Positions 8,522 through 19,026 of a DNA stretch of 64,000 nucleotides are shown here, in pieces. The translations under genes were made by a program, and so were the position numbers. Source of the DNA: Eutreptiella sp. 'Long Island Sound 2002' (lineage: Eukaryota > Protista > Euglenida). Each line of letters starts with the position of its first letter. Position 1 is the stretch's first letter. The stretch spans positions 20,336,001 through 20,400,000 of the forward strand of contig OZ038379.1 in NCBI GenBank assembly GCA_964036045.1, written 5' to 3'. The notes under the pieces were generated by a model. It did not search any database and had not been told where the DNA came from. It saw only the letters and a list, made by a program, of their open reading frames with translations.

Positions 8522-11023
8522 ATGGATCCAGGAAGAGTGGACGCCGAGGTGAACACAGCGCCAGCGCCAGAGACACCGGCAAGGCCGGCGCCTGACGCTG
8601 TACCTTCGGTGGAGCCCTTACATGGGCCAATGGATACGGCGGAGGACTCCTTGGATGGCCTCCAGACGGCCTTTGGGGCCCTGTCGGTGAAGGAAATGGT
8701 CTCTCAGCCTCAGCCTGTGAAGAGGAAGAGAGGAAAAGAGAGCGAGAAGGATGCTGGAGAAGGAGCAGACGAAGGAGAGGAGCAAGGGCAAGACCCGACG
8801 GATGTCCCAACCTTCGAAGGCGCACCAAGCGCTTCTGGCCTCCATGCATCACCCTCTCCCATAACCACCACACTCCCAGCCGCCGCTACATCCACTTCCA
8901 CAACCAACCAGCCTATGGCAGAGGGCACAGGCTTTACTGGCATGCCTCACTACCCCGCCTATGGCATGGGCCCACCTACCACTGCGCTCCTTGAGGCAAC
9001 TACTGCCAGTGAGCCGGTGGCTTCCAGCTCTGCGCCGCGTTGGTATGCGGCTGACCATCCCCATCCACTCCACGCCACGGGAACCTACATGGAAGTTCCT
9101 GGGTATGCTCCTGGGTGTACACCTGGGTATGCACCCCTGAGTGGGTTGAGGAGAGGACCAGAGTCTCTGGGAGGCAGGAGTAGAGGATCGGGAAGATCCT
9201 CCAACAGGTCCCTGACGCGGTCGGAGATCAACGAGGTGCTCCAAGGAGCCACTTCGAAAATCGTGAGCGACCTCACGCAAGAGATCAGGGAGAAGCTGCA
9301 GCCCCTGATGATCCCGTCCCATGCGTCACCTACGACAGTGGGGATGTCACCCCACCGAGTACAGGCTAACCACCTGGCGGCAGGGTTGACGAATACCCTG
9401 GGGAGCCTGAGGAGCCGACCGATGCCGACTCCTGCAGCAGTACCAAGAAGCCCATTCGTCCCGAGGACAGCCCAGCCGCCCTACAGTCACGTGACGAACT
9501 CGACGAGGGCCGAGCTGGACCAGCTGGGGCTGACAGCCCTAAGGGCTATGGTGGACGTGGAGCCTTATGGCTCCAGTGATCTAGGCGGAGACCCCTCCGA
9601 TGATGGGCCGCCTTCGATGACTTCTTCTTCGCCATCGGATGACGAAGACCCTGAGGACCCCGAGGACTCCAAGGGTAAGAAGAAGAAGAAGAAGAAGAAG
9701 AAGACCCGACGCCCTGAAGGACGCCGAGCTCAGGAGGCGAAGGCTATTGCCACCTCCAAGATAGTGGTGAACCTGCCTGAATTCACAGGCAAGGACCTCA
9801 GCGAGTTCGCTGAGAACTTTGGCCGGTTCCTACGACCAACCGGCCAAACCCACGCGAGTGGGCGAGTGAAGTGCGACCTGCTCCTGCAGTGCTGCAAGAC
9901 GAAGTACCTGGAGAAGCAGGTCAGGCAGATCGTCACCAACTCCGCCACCTTTGCCGAAGTGTTGGTTGCCCTGGAGAGGCAGTACCCAACCTACGAGACC
10001 GACCTCTCCATCAGGGCCGAGATCCAGAACCTGCCCGTCCTGCCCAACAACCCCAAACCCGGCAGGGTCTCCGAGCTGTTGGCGGACCTGGACCACTGGG
10101 CTGGACGACTGACGCCCGGTTCCTACAGCAGCGACGACCTGCTGTTTTGGTTGTGCTCCAAGCTCCCCCGTGAGCTATGGGACGAGTGCCGTCTGACGGC
10201 TGAGCGCAAGGCTAGATCCCTCCGCTACGAGGATCTATGCGTGCTGCTCCTGGAGATGGCGCTGGAGAAGGAGAGCGACCAACACCTGAACCACTACCGT
10301 CCTGGTGGTGGAGGTTCTGGAGGCAAAGGGTACCAAGGGTCCCGACCTGGGCAGGGGACTACCCCCAAACACGCCCACGCCCGCCTAATGGAGAACGTGA
10401 AGGAGCTATTCTGGTGTGATGCCAGAGATGAACAGGGCCACCTGCAGCATGCCTCCGACTGCGAGCAGCGAGACTGCTTTGTGGTCCAGGGGAAGCAGCA
10501 GGAAAAGATCACCGGCGCCAAGGTGAAGATGCCGGATCATTACCGCTGCACCATCACGTGTGCATTCTGCGGTAAGCGGAAGCACTATGAGGACGAGTGC
10601 TACCATAAGCAACGCCTATCGGCGAAGCTTAAGGGGGAAGATCCTGGCAAAAGCTCAGGCAAAGGTGGAGGCAAGGCCAAAGGCAACGACTCCGGCAAGG
10701 GCAAGTCGAAAGGACGTGGTCAAGGTGGTCAAGACAAGGGTCAAGGCGGACGAGGAGGAGGCGCTAATCGCCAGAACGACAACAAGAACAAGGACAAGAA
10801 CGGAGGTAACCCCAACCCTAATCCAGGGGGGAACTCCGAGCCCTCTGGAGGGCAGTCTGGACCTACCACACGCTCACAGACGCAGGCCCAGCAAGAACAA
10901 GGAGCCAAGCGTGAGCATGAAGGTGGTGACGACGGCAACGCCAAGAAGAGAAGCCGTTTCATGAGGATGGCCCGCAAATTGCGGAACAAGGGGTTCGAGG
11001 TGACCTGTCCCGCGGAGTTCTGA
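8522..11023 (+). CDS. gag: Gag polyprotein
   Basis: LPEFTGKDLSEF capsid motif, CX2CX4HX4C knuckle (CAFCGKRKHYEDEC), poly-Lys tract, G/K-rich tail. Confidence 0.92.
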   Translation: MDPGRVDAEVNTAPAPETPARPAPDAVPSVEPLHGPMDTAEDSLDGLQTAFGALSVKEMVSQPQPVKRKRGKESEKDAGEGADEGEEQGQDPTDVPTFEGAPSASGLHASPSPITTTLPAAATSTSTTNQPMAEGTGFTGMPHYPAYGMGPPTTALLEATTASEPVASSSAPRWYAADHPHPLHATGTYMEVPGYAPGCTPGYAPLSGLRRGPESLGGRSRGSGRSSNRSLTRSEINEVLQGATSKIVSDLTQEIREKLQPLMIPSHASPTTVGMSPHRVQANHLAAGLTNTLGSLRSRPMPTPAAVPRSPFVPRTAQPPYSHVTNSTRAELDQLGLTALRAMVDVEPYGSSDLGGDPSDDGPPSMTSSSPSDDEDPEDPEDSKGKKKKKKKKKTRRPEGRRAQEAKAIATSKIVVNLPEFTGKDLSEFAENFGRFLRPTGQTHASGRVKCDLLLQCCKTKYLEKQVRQIVTNSATFAEVLVALERQYPTYETDLSIRAEIQNLPVLPNNPKPGRVSELLADLDHWAGRLTPGSYSSDDLLFWLCSKLPRELWDECRLTAERKARSLRYEDLCVLLLEMALEKESDQHLNHYRPGGGGSGGKGYQGSRPGQGTTPKHAHARLMENVKELFWCDARDEQGHLQHASDCEQRDCFVVQGKQQEKITGAKVKMPDHYRCTITCAFCGKRKHYEDECYHKQRLSAKLKGEDPGKSSGKGGGKAKGNDSGKGKSKGRGQGGQDKGQGGRGGGANRQNDNKNKDKNGGNPNPNPGGNSEPSGGQSGPTTRSQTQAQQEQGAKREHEGGDDGNAKKRSRFMRMARKLRNKGFEVTCPAEF

Positions 11024-14000
11024 CGGGGACGCTCTGGTGGCACCCAAGACCTGGTGTTTTGGGTACGTATCCGACTAGGGGGACGTGAATACCTGGGGGT
11101 ACTGGATACTGGGGCCACAATATCGATAGTGGCCAAGAAAATTTTACCTTGTGGGAGCCTGAAGAACACCATGACCACCGCCGCTATACGGATGGGGGAT
11201 GGACATGTGGTGCACAGCTGCGGGGACTGCGAAGTGGAGGTAGCTATGGGCTCCAAGACTATCGCCCATCGGTTCTATGTGATGGACACTGATGCCTTCG
11301 ACTTTGTACTGGGTACTGACTTCTTCGTGCAGCACTCCCAGATACAATCCCTGACGCTGCAAGCGCCCTACCTCCTGTACGTGGACCACGGCAGTGGCCG
11401 AGAGTCTGTGCCACTAGAGCAGTCGGAACATACCTCGAGTTACCTGAGACTATCGAAGGAGGAGCCCTCGAACATGATGGCGGCCTCCAAAACTGAGGAC
11501 TATCAACTATTGGGGGAAGTCCTAGACCAAGGTCTGAAGGAGTTGGGTTACTCTCGAGAAGACCTAAGTGTGGAACTGTTCGCCAGCGACAAGCAGCATG
11601 TACTGGACCTATACTGCAGCAAGGGGAAGAACTGCAGCTACAAATTTTACTGGCCCTCTTTCGGGATGGCCTACGGGAACCCCAGATTCAGTGAACTGGG
11701 GAAGGTGCTGACCAAGGTGGCCTTGGAACGTTCCCGTATGGTCCTGTGTTCCCCCGATTGGGGAGCCCATGGGGGCAACGAGTACTGGCGAACCCTCCTT
11801 GACAAGCTGACTATCAGCTCTGTGCGGTTACCTGATGAGGCCATCTACGTGCCTCTGGGACGCAAGACGCCCATTGGGAAGCCCGGATGGGGGAGTATGC
11901 TCAGCGTGGTGGACGGAAGTCTTACCACCATCCCCTGGGAAGACCTGGACCCTACTCTGGTCCAGGCTATACAACGAGAAAGCGATGGACTCGCCTTGGG
12001 TGACTTGAAGGATCGCCTACGACCTCAAGATGCTGTTGAAACTACACCCGGAGGAGATGAGTACGTCGTGACTGACACCAACGCCCCCAACTCTCCCTGT
12101 CATGTACCTGTCCCTGATGGAGTCTCTGAGTGTGGACTATCTGAGCTACCTAGCTCTATACACTCAGACGACGAAACTGAGCACGACGCCTTCTTCGTGC
12201 AGACTGCGGTGGAAGAAGTGGAGAACGCCGAGTACGTCGCCCCACTAAAACCCCTACTCTCCATGAGGGTGGAAGACCCCGTGGATGAAGAGCTGGACCC
12301 TCGATCCAGGCTTAGGGAGTATGTGGATTCCAAGAGGAAGTTGGTGGCGAAAAAGCTATGCTACGCGAAGCCTACCCGCAGCTCATGGCCACTGAAGCAA
12401 GGACGGATGGGAGACCTATCCCAACTGAAGGAGGACCTCGAACAGAAGATCACCACCTGGCAAAGGGAGGTAGATCTCAAGCTCATGAAGAGCGTATGGG
12501 GTGCCCATGTGAGGACCCCAGAGGAGGACGACCTCTCGGAGGAATGTGTATGTGAACCCCCTAAAGCGTGCCTATGTTGCCATCGTCCACCGGAGATGGT
12601 TGAGCAAGACCTTCTGTATGCCTACCAAGGGCTGAAGGATGCTACCGCGGGCGAAGAGTCGGTGGAGGACCACCTCCCGACGTCGATTCAAGGGGCAAGC
12701 AACTTACACTCCGACGAGGACATGGAGGACAAGATCAAGGTACTGGACCCGCGGGTACAAAAGCTGATAAGGACCTATCTTGAGGTGTTCGGAGAACTAC
12801 CCCCTCCAGCCTCATGCGACAAGCTGGTACAGATGGACCTCAAGCTGAAACCCGAGTTCGTGGGTCACAAGATCCGGAGGAGACCCTATCCAGCTCCTAA
12901 AGAGCAGGCCGACGAGATTGAGCGACAGATACAAGAATGTATCGACGCTGGCCTAGTCCTGGAGTACAAGGATGGGGACTACCCCCTACACTGCAGCCTC
13001 TGTTTCCTGGTGGCTAAACCTGGGTCTACAGCCAAACGGCTGGTAGTGGACTATGGAGAGCTGAACAAGAAGACGCTGAACCACTCAGGGTCCATTCCCA
13101 ATATGGAGTGTACCCTGGAGAAGATAGCCTCCTGTCGCTACAAGACCAAGATGGACAAGCGAAGTGGATTCTGGCAAGTGGACCTGACGCCCAACGCGCA
13201 GGAACTACTGGCCTTCATCACCCCTCAGGGGAGGGTATTCAAGTGGAAGGTCATGCCATTCGGCGTGGCTAACGCCCCCGCTCTGTTCCAAGAGCTGATG
13301 AACAAGATCTTGTCCATCCTACGAAGGAGACCTAAGGTGCAGGAGCTCATATCCCGTGGGGCCCAGATGGAGGCTCACATCGACGATGTATGCCTCGGGA
13401 CCAATACCCAGGAGGATCACCTAATCCTCTTGGGTGAGTTCTTTGCGGTCTGCCAGGAGAACCACACACGACTCAAGCTGGAGAAGTGTGAGTTCATGCA
13501 GGAGACCATGCAGTACCTGGGGTTTGACGTTGGCTATGGGTGGTGGACCCCAGCGGCCTCTAAGGCCAAACCCCTGATGGATGCCAAGGTACGACACGAA
13601 GACCCCAAGAAAGGACTTCATGATGTACGCAGTTTCATTGGGGCGTGCAACTTCTATCGCCGCCACATCAAAAACTTCACCTACACCAGCGCGGTACTGA
13701 CTGACTTGATCAAGAAGAGTACTACTTGGCGCTGGGGCCCACAAGAGCAACAAGCGTTTGACGAGCTCAAAGACAAGGTAGCCAACGCTAAGTGCTTGGG
13801 CGTGCCTAGGGCACAAGGGGAGATTATCCTGGTGACCGACGCCAGCAATGTGGGCGGTGGTGGAACGTTGTTCCAATGGCAAGCACTAGAGAAGGAGGAG
13901 TTCGACTCGGCCATTTCCCAATGGGGGACGGAAGGTCTCAACCGAGATGGAACCCTCAAGCACAGCTACCCTGACGACAAGTGGGTCCTAGTACCTCTGG

Positions 14001-15952
14001 GCCACTGGAACTGGAAGTGGAACCAGGCCAGAGGGAACTACTCCACCTATGAGCAGGAACTGCTCGCGGGTATGCTGGTGCTATCCTCACAAGCACGACT
14101 GTTGGGGAGTAACCCTGTGGTCTGGCTATGCGACCAAGAACCGGTCCGCAGTTTCCAGAAGGGCCCCCCACCTGAGAAGGCCAAGCTACGGCGCTGGTGG
14201 ACCTACCTCAGTCAACTACGGCTGACGGTACACCATATCCAGGGAGTGAAGAACGAGTGTGCCGACTACATCAGCCGCAACAACTTCGACGCCCTGATTG
14301 GTGCCCGGTCTGAAGCGCTGGCTAAGGAAGCGTTCAGCCGTATGGACGTACACCTGGACCTGAACATGACCATGATACGCCCCCTGGATGGACTCCAACA
14401 ATCGGAGTACCTACAGGAGTTTGGGGATATCTACCGGCGCCTGGAGAAACGCCTTGAACCCCTCCTGGTCAACCAAGACCAGTGGAAGCGGGACAAGAGC
14501 TACCTCTGGCACGAGGACCGCATCGTGGTGCCTAGTGACCGAGTCCCAGCGCTGCTGAAGTGGACCCATGAGTCCAGTGGTCATGTGGGTGCTGACCGTA
14601 CCCTGAGGCTGTTCAAGCAATGGTTCCACACTACGTGGACTGACGACCAGCTGCGGAAGACGCTCCTGCCTATCGTGGACAAGTGCCCGTGCAGGTCCTG
14701 TAAACCAGGGGATATCAGGGACAGAGGTCTCTACTCGACCCTGCCCATCCCTCACTGTGCTAACAGTGTTCTATACGTGGACTACACGGAGATGCCGAAG
14801 TTCGGGGGCTATGACTTCGCCCTCGTGGTAACCTGTGGGTTGACCAGGTTTACCAGGGTGTTCCCATGTACCAAGCACATTACCGGAGAGGAGACTATCA
14901 AGATACTCCTGGAGGAGTGGTTTTGTGTCTATGGGGCGCCCAAGGAGATCAACTCCGATGAGGACGTACGAGTACGCTCAGATACTGGCTGGTACAAGAG
15001 GGTCCTGAGGTCCCTCAATGTCCAGGTGTCTACGGGGATTCCCTACTCTCACACGAGCAACCCCCTATGTGAGCGACAGATTCGTGTCCTGAAGGAGAAC
15101 GTCAGGATATGGTGCAAAACTGAACGCACCAGAGACTGGGTGAGACTACTCCCCGTCATATCCTTGATGATGAACTCCCAAGAGAGTTCAGCTACTGGCT
15201 ACTCGCCACATGAGCTATTCATGGGGCGCCCGGCATGGTTCCTACATGCCCCCTATCCAGAGGACACCCATTCTTCTGTGGGTGAATGGGTCCAAGAGCA
15301 ACAAGCGAAGGTGGACAAGGCCAAGGCTATGCTCCAGAGAGTGAGGGAGCGTCAGTGGAACAAGAAGAACAAGCACCGTGTACCGGCCACCTACCAAGAA
15401 GGGGACTGGGTGCTGGTGCACCACAGTCGACTACCCGCCTGGCCACGCTCTACCAGCGATGACCCATACTTCGGGCCGTACAAGATCCTATCTGTGGATG
15501 GGCACCGTATCACCGTGCGGTGTTCTCCCCGTCTAGGGGGGACCCTGGTGTGCGCCGCTCAACACCTGAAGCGCTACCATGATCCTGAAGACCTCTGTGG
15601 GGAGGAGTGGGAGCTGAACGACGAGGAAATCGCCGCTCTGGACCTACAAGGGGCTGCCAGCCCTATGGAGGTTGAAGGTGAACTCCCCGACATGAACGCC
15701 GAGGAGATGGCTAAGGAGGGCTTCTACCTGGTGAAGTCTGTCCTACGCCACCGCTATCGCCAGGGTTGGCGCTTCCTCACCCTCTGGGAAGGGTTTGGAG
15801 TCGAAGAGGCCACCTGGGAGCCCTTCTCTGCATTTGTTCTACCTCAGGGACGCCTAAACTCAGTTCTGGTTGACTACTTGTCCCAGAACAACCTTGGTGA
15901 GTTGTTGAGGCTCGCCGAGACGCTTGCCTCCAAGAATAAAGCTAGGGACTGA
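11024..15952 (+). CDS. pol: Pol: protease - Dam-like N6-adenine MTase domain - RT - RNase H - integrase - chromodomain
   Basis: LDTGA; ELFAS...AYGNPRF...VLCSPDW; MDKRSGF and HIDD; LVTDAS, EQELLA, NECADYISR; HESSGH..CPCRSC, YVDY, NSDED, SNPLCER; YFGPY; FYLVKSVL...LWEGF..EEATWEP. Same frame as gag, separated by one TGA. Confidence 0.96.
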   Translation, partial: RGRSGGTQDLVFWVRIRLGGREYLGVLDTGATISIVAKKILPCGSLKNTMTTAAIRMGDGHVVHSCGDCEVEVAMGSKTIAHRFYVMDTDAFDFVLGTDFFVQHSQIQSLTLQAPYLLYVDHGSGRESVPLEQSEHTSSYLRLSKEEPSNMMAASKTEDYQLLGEVLDQGLKELGYSREDLSVELFASDKQHVLDLYCSKGKNCSYKFYWPSFGMAYGNPRFSELGKVLTKVALERSRMVLCSPDWGAHGGNEYWRTLLDKLTISSVRLPDEAIYVPLGRKTPIGKPGWGSMLSVVDGSLTTIPWEDLDPTLVQAIQRESDGLALGDLKDRLRPQDAVETTPGGDEYVVTDTNAPNSPCHVPVPDGVSECGLSELPSSIHSDDETEHDAFFVQTAVEEVENAEYVAPLKPLLSMRVEDPVDEELDPRSRLREYVDSKRKLVAKKLCYAKPTRSSWPLKQGRMGDLSQLKEDLEQKITTWQREVDLKLMKSVWGAHVRTPEEDDLSEECVCEPPKACLCCHRPPEMVEQDLLYAYQGLKDATAGEESVEDHLPTSIQGASNLHSDEDMEDKIKVLDPRVQKLIRTYLEVFGELPPPASCDKLVQMDLKLKPEFVGHKIRRRPYPAPKEQADEIERQIQECIDAGLVLEYKDGDYPLHCSLCFLVAKPGSTAKRLVVDYGELNKKTLNHSGSIPNMECTLEKIASCRYKTKMDKRSGFWQVDLTPNAQELLAFITPQGRVFKWKVMPFGVANAPALFQELMNKILSILRRRPKVQELISRGAQMEAHIDDVCLGTNTQEDHLILLGEFFAVCQENHTRLKLEKCEFMQETMQYLGFDVGYGWWTPAASKAKPLMDAKVRHEDPKKGLHDVRSFIGACNFYRRHIKNFTYTSAVLTDLIKKSTTWRWGPQEQQAFDELKDKVANAKCLGVPRAQGEIILVTDASNVGGGGTLFQWQALEKEEFDSAISQWGTEGLNRDGTLKHSYPDDKWVLVPLGHWNWKWNQARGNYSTYEQELLAGMLVLSSQARLLGSNPVVWLCDQEPVRSFQKGPPPEKAKLRRWWTYLSQLRLTVHHIQGVKNECADYISRNNFDALIGARSEALAKEAFSRMDVHLDLNMTMIRPLDGLQQSEYLQEFGDIYRRLEKRLEPLLVNQDQWKRDKSYLWHEDRIVVPSDRVPALLKWTHESSGHVGADRTLRLFKQWFHTTWTDDQLRKTLLPIVDKCPCRSCKPGDIRDRGLYSTLPIPHCANSVLYVDYTEMPKFGGYDFALVVTCGLTRFTRVFPCTKHITGEETIKILLEEWFCVYGAPKEINSDEDVRVRSDTGWYKRVLRSLNVQVSTGIPYSHTSNPLCERQIRVLKENVRIWCKTERTRDWVRLLPVISLMMNSQESSATGYSPHELFMGRPAWFLHAPYPEDTHSSVGEWVQEQQAKVDKAKAMLQRVRERQWNKKNKHRVPATYQEGDWVLVHHSRLPAWPRSTSDDPYFGPYKILSVDGHRITVRCSPRLGGTLVCAAQHLKRYHDPEDLCGEEWELNDEEIAALDLQGAASPMEVEGELPDMNAEEMAKEGFYLVKSVLRHRYRQGWRFLTLWEGFGVEEATWEPFSAFVLPQGRLNSVLVDYLSQNNLGELLRLAETLASKNKARD

Positions 15953-18216
15953 ACCTTACCCTTACCTGCCAAAGCGTATGTGTGAGTGTGCTAGGCCTAA
16001 GGTCCTGAGAGCAAGCCGCAGAAGTGGTGTCCTAATTATACCCAAGTCTGCGCCCTTGCTGAACCTGGAGGGTTGGCTTATTGATGCCACGGGGTACGCC
16101 CCGGGTCTCCCCTCCCCTATGCGCCCAATTTCTGTGCTGGCGCAAAACCTTGGGGGAATACCCAGAGTGTTAATCCAGGTATTGTTTTCCCTACCTACCT
16201 GTCTACTAAAGGGAGGGGTGGCCAAAAGCTATGAAGGCATGCAAAACGCCTGTTTGCTATGTGGCCAAAAACACTAACCTAACCCACTGTCACAGCCCAC
16301 CAACCCAGCTAAAATTGCAGGAAAAGGGTGGGACAGTGACACGCCCCCTACAGGTCCTACACACCCTACAGTGGCACCATCCTGGTGGGCGAGCGCTGGG
16401 CAACTGGCTCTAGCCCCCACGCAGGACTACCACTCCTACACGCACACTCTACTTGGCGTTGCGAAGAGGAAGTTCTCGAGGGTCCTAGCGACCCACCTGT
16501 GAAGTGACAAGAGAACACAGCGCTGCTAAGCAACTGTGGCCTCACAGGGGACGCCACAACGCGTTTCCCCTGCAAGGGCTTGGAGGGAAGGAGTGCTCGC
16601 GTGTGCAAGGCGCAGATGTCGATGAAGTCGGACTCCCTGCTCTGCCACAGGCGGAGCGGAGTTACTTGTTTGTGTGATCTGCGCCCCTGTTTAGCAGGGC
16701 ATAAAAAAATGCTGCTGCACCACTCACCCTACCTGCCCACCTGTAAAACAAAGGCAAATGAAAGGGCGTTTGCGGCGGAGGAACCAAGGCACACTCCAGG
16801 TATTATACCCTTCTCAGTGTGCCCTATAATACGCTGTCCGCAAACACGCTGCATGGAGCAGCTACCCTTGTCAAGCAAGCAAGCGTTAAGGGACTCCTCA
16901 GGTTCTCTTAAAGAACGTACCGAGGAGCCCCTGGGTAGCCTAAACAAGGTTTACCGTGCGCACTTCGCGTGGCCTACCCTTTAATGCGTGTGTGCATGCA
17001 CGACTATGCACAATCACGTTGGGCAAACCTGCCCATCTCCACAACAATCTTGACTCCACCAGGGGGTGGCCCCGCCTGGGCGTACCTACCTTACCTACCG
17101 CTGGGAAGTGAAGCAAGGAGAGAAAACAAAAGGGGCGCACGCGAAGAACGTTGCTATGCACTTGTGTGTATGACTAATCACCCTGATCTGACCGCTAATC
17201 ATCTGCAATCTTTCTAATCAATCCCTCTACCGCGTCCTGTCGTGGTTATCGTTGTTGACGCTGCTACACGACTCGTTCACGGAGACACGAGACGAGCAAT
17301 GTGTATGCGGCATGCAAGACGAGCATACCTGTAGTTTATACCTGATTCATTGAAGTCTTTTCAATTGATTTTCGAATTCTTGAATTTTTGAAGCTTCTAT
17401 TAGTGTGGGTGGAATCTGTATGTTTGTTTATTAATGTGTGTCTCGTCATTTTCAAGACTACGTGATACATACGTTTATAATTCCATTATTTTTCCATTTT
17501 CCGGCGCTTCGCTAGGAGCCGCTCCTGCGCGCCGCCATTTTGTACGTATGAATTTCTGGATTTAAAAAATCCAGAGATGACTATAATTTCTATAAAAATG
17601 TGCTGAAGATGCACAATTGGATTCTGCTCAGGTGTGTCGTTTCAGAAAAATTCTGCGCCGTCATTTGACGGATTTTGGTGTCGTCGCTTCGTTTTTGCGT
17701 GGATTCGTCCATAATTCTCCCATTCCTGCCTCTGCAGATACCCACGCGCAGCCTCGCTGAGTAGGCCGTGTTCGGGCCGAAACGCAGGTGCCTGGAGAGA
17801 CTGAGCAGAACCAAGACCCCACCAAGGGGCAAATTAATTTCTTTTCGACTCCCTACGCCCTAAGACAGGTCACAGGTCGCCAGCAGGTTTACAAGAACCC
17901 ATGCGAGTGTGTATAATGTGTCTTGCGTTTGGGTTGTGTCGACGCTGCGTCTTGGAGGAAGGGATGCATATGCACATGTTTGGCATGCTCCCAATCTAAC
18001 CCAACCAAGCCACAGGAGCCCCGGCAGCGCCAAGAGCGCTGAGTCTTCTGTAGGAAACTGTACAATCAGAGCAGCAAAAGGACGCCAGCCATGGTGAGCG
18101 CCCATTTTTCAGTGTGAGGGAGACTGTAGGTATTTTAAAGTAGATGTGGAAACCAAGGAAAGGCCAAGAAAAATTCCCTTTTTCCTAAAATGCGACAGTG
18201 GTGGCCACCACAGCAC

Positions 18217-18224
18217 AAGGGGGG
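18217..18224 (+). promoter_or_regulatory. Polypurine tract
   Basis: AAGGGGGG directly before the 3' LTR. Confidence 0.8.
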
Positions 18225-19021
18225 AGTAAGAAAAAGTGCTTTTCCATTGCTTTGGGACATACTCTAGTTGTATTAGAGATGCACTGAGCATCCATGCATT
18301 TTTATCTTAGTATTGGTCCAGCCAAAAGTGGTGAGAACACATTTTGACCTATGGAACCAAACACCCAATCAGGATATGGAGTGGACCCCTTAATCCCCTT
18401 TCAATCAGAAGTAAAACATCTTTTCCTGAGTTGACTGAGCACTGACATACCTAAGGTAGAGCCTATGAATTTATCTATGTTTTTCCATGAATACTTATCT
18501 GCCCTAGTGGTATGCACCATAGGGGGTTAGGCACCTCTTTTTGAGAGGTCCTGGGTTCAATTCCTGGTCAGCCTAACTAAGTAGGAAGATCCCATCTAAG
18601 TAGGAAGATCCCATGTGACATGGCAGTGACCTCATCGCCACATACCATGCCACCTCAGCACATATGGGACCCAAAACAAAGAGTGCACATCTCCTAAGAT
18701 GGCACTATGGAGAGAGAGTGATCCTGAGGCAGTTTTCTAACTCTTTTCCCAAAACATTTCAGCTATCTCTGTGAATATGCATTCATTTGTTTCCTGAGTT
18801 GCAGTTTCTGTGAATATCTAATCATCTTTCACTGTTTACACTGCAGCCCTTCATGCTTTGATCCTGAATTACCTTCTCTTTGCATACTGTTGGCTTGGGC
18901 TATCCTGGATTGAGTTGGCTTTACTGTATTTCAACCAACAAAAGCTTTTCATCATCCAAAACCAGCAGCAGGACACCCTACAGCAACAACAAGCAGCAGG
19001 AGAAGCACTATAAACTTTTCT
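18225..19021 (+). repeat. 3' LTR (797 bp)
   Basis: Copy of 7607-8423 lacking caaaaacacagtgctgaaaa; followed by TATAC. Confidence 0.95.
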
Positions 19022-19026
19022 TATAC

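Larger units (their letters stand above)
7607..19021 (+). mobile_element. Complete young chromodomain Ty3/Gypsy LTR retrotransposon (11.4 kb)
   Basis: Two LTRs differing by one substitution and one 20-bp indel in my comparison; TATAC at 7602-7606 and 19022-19026; PBS, PPT, intact gag and pol. Confidence 0.96.

Noticed and set aside
11021-11023. Alternative genetic code (TGA or TAG as sense) to explain in-frame stops
   Set aside because: TGA, TAG and TAA all terminate intact ORFs in this window (e.g. TGA at 38963-65 and 15950-52), so a code change is not supported.
17750-17805. Hammerhead-like CTGAGTA-GGCC-gtgttcg-GGCC-GAAAC in the Gypsy 3' region
   Set aside because: The core reads CUGAGUA rather than CUGANGA (G8 lost) and no U-H cleavage site closes stem III properly; at best a dead relic.
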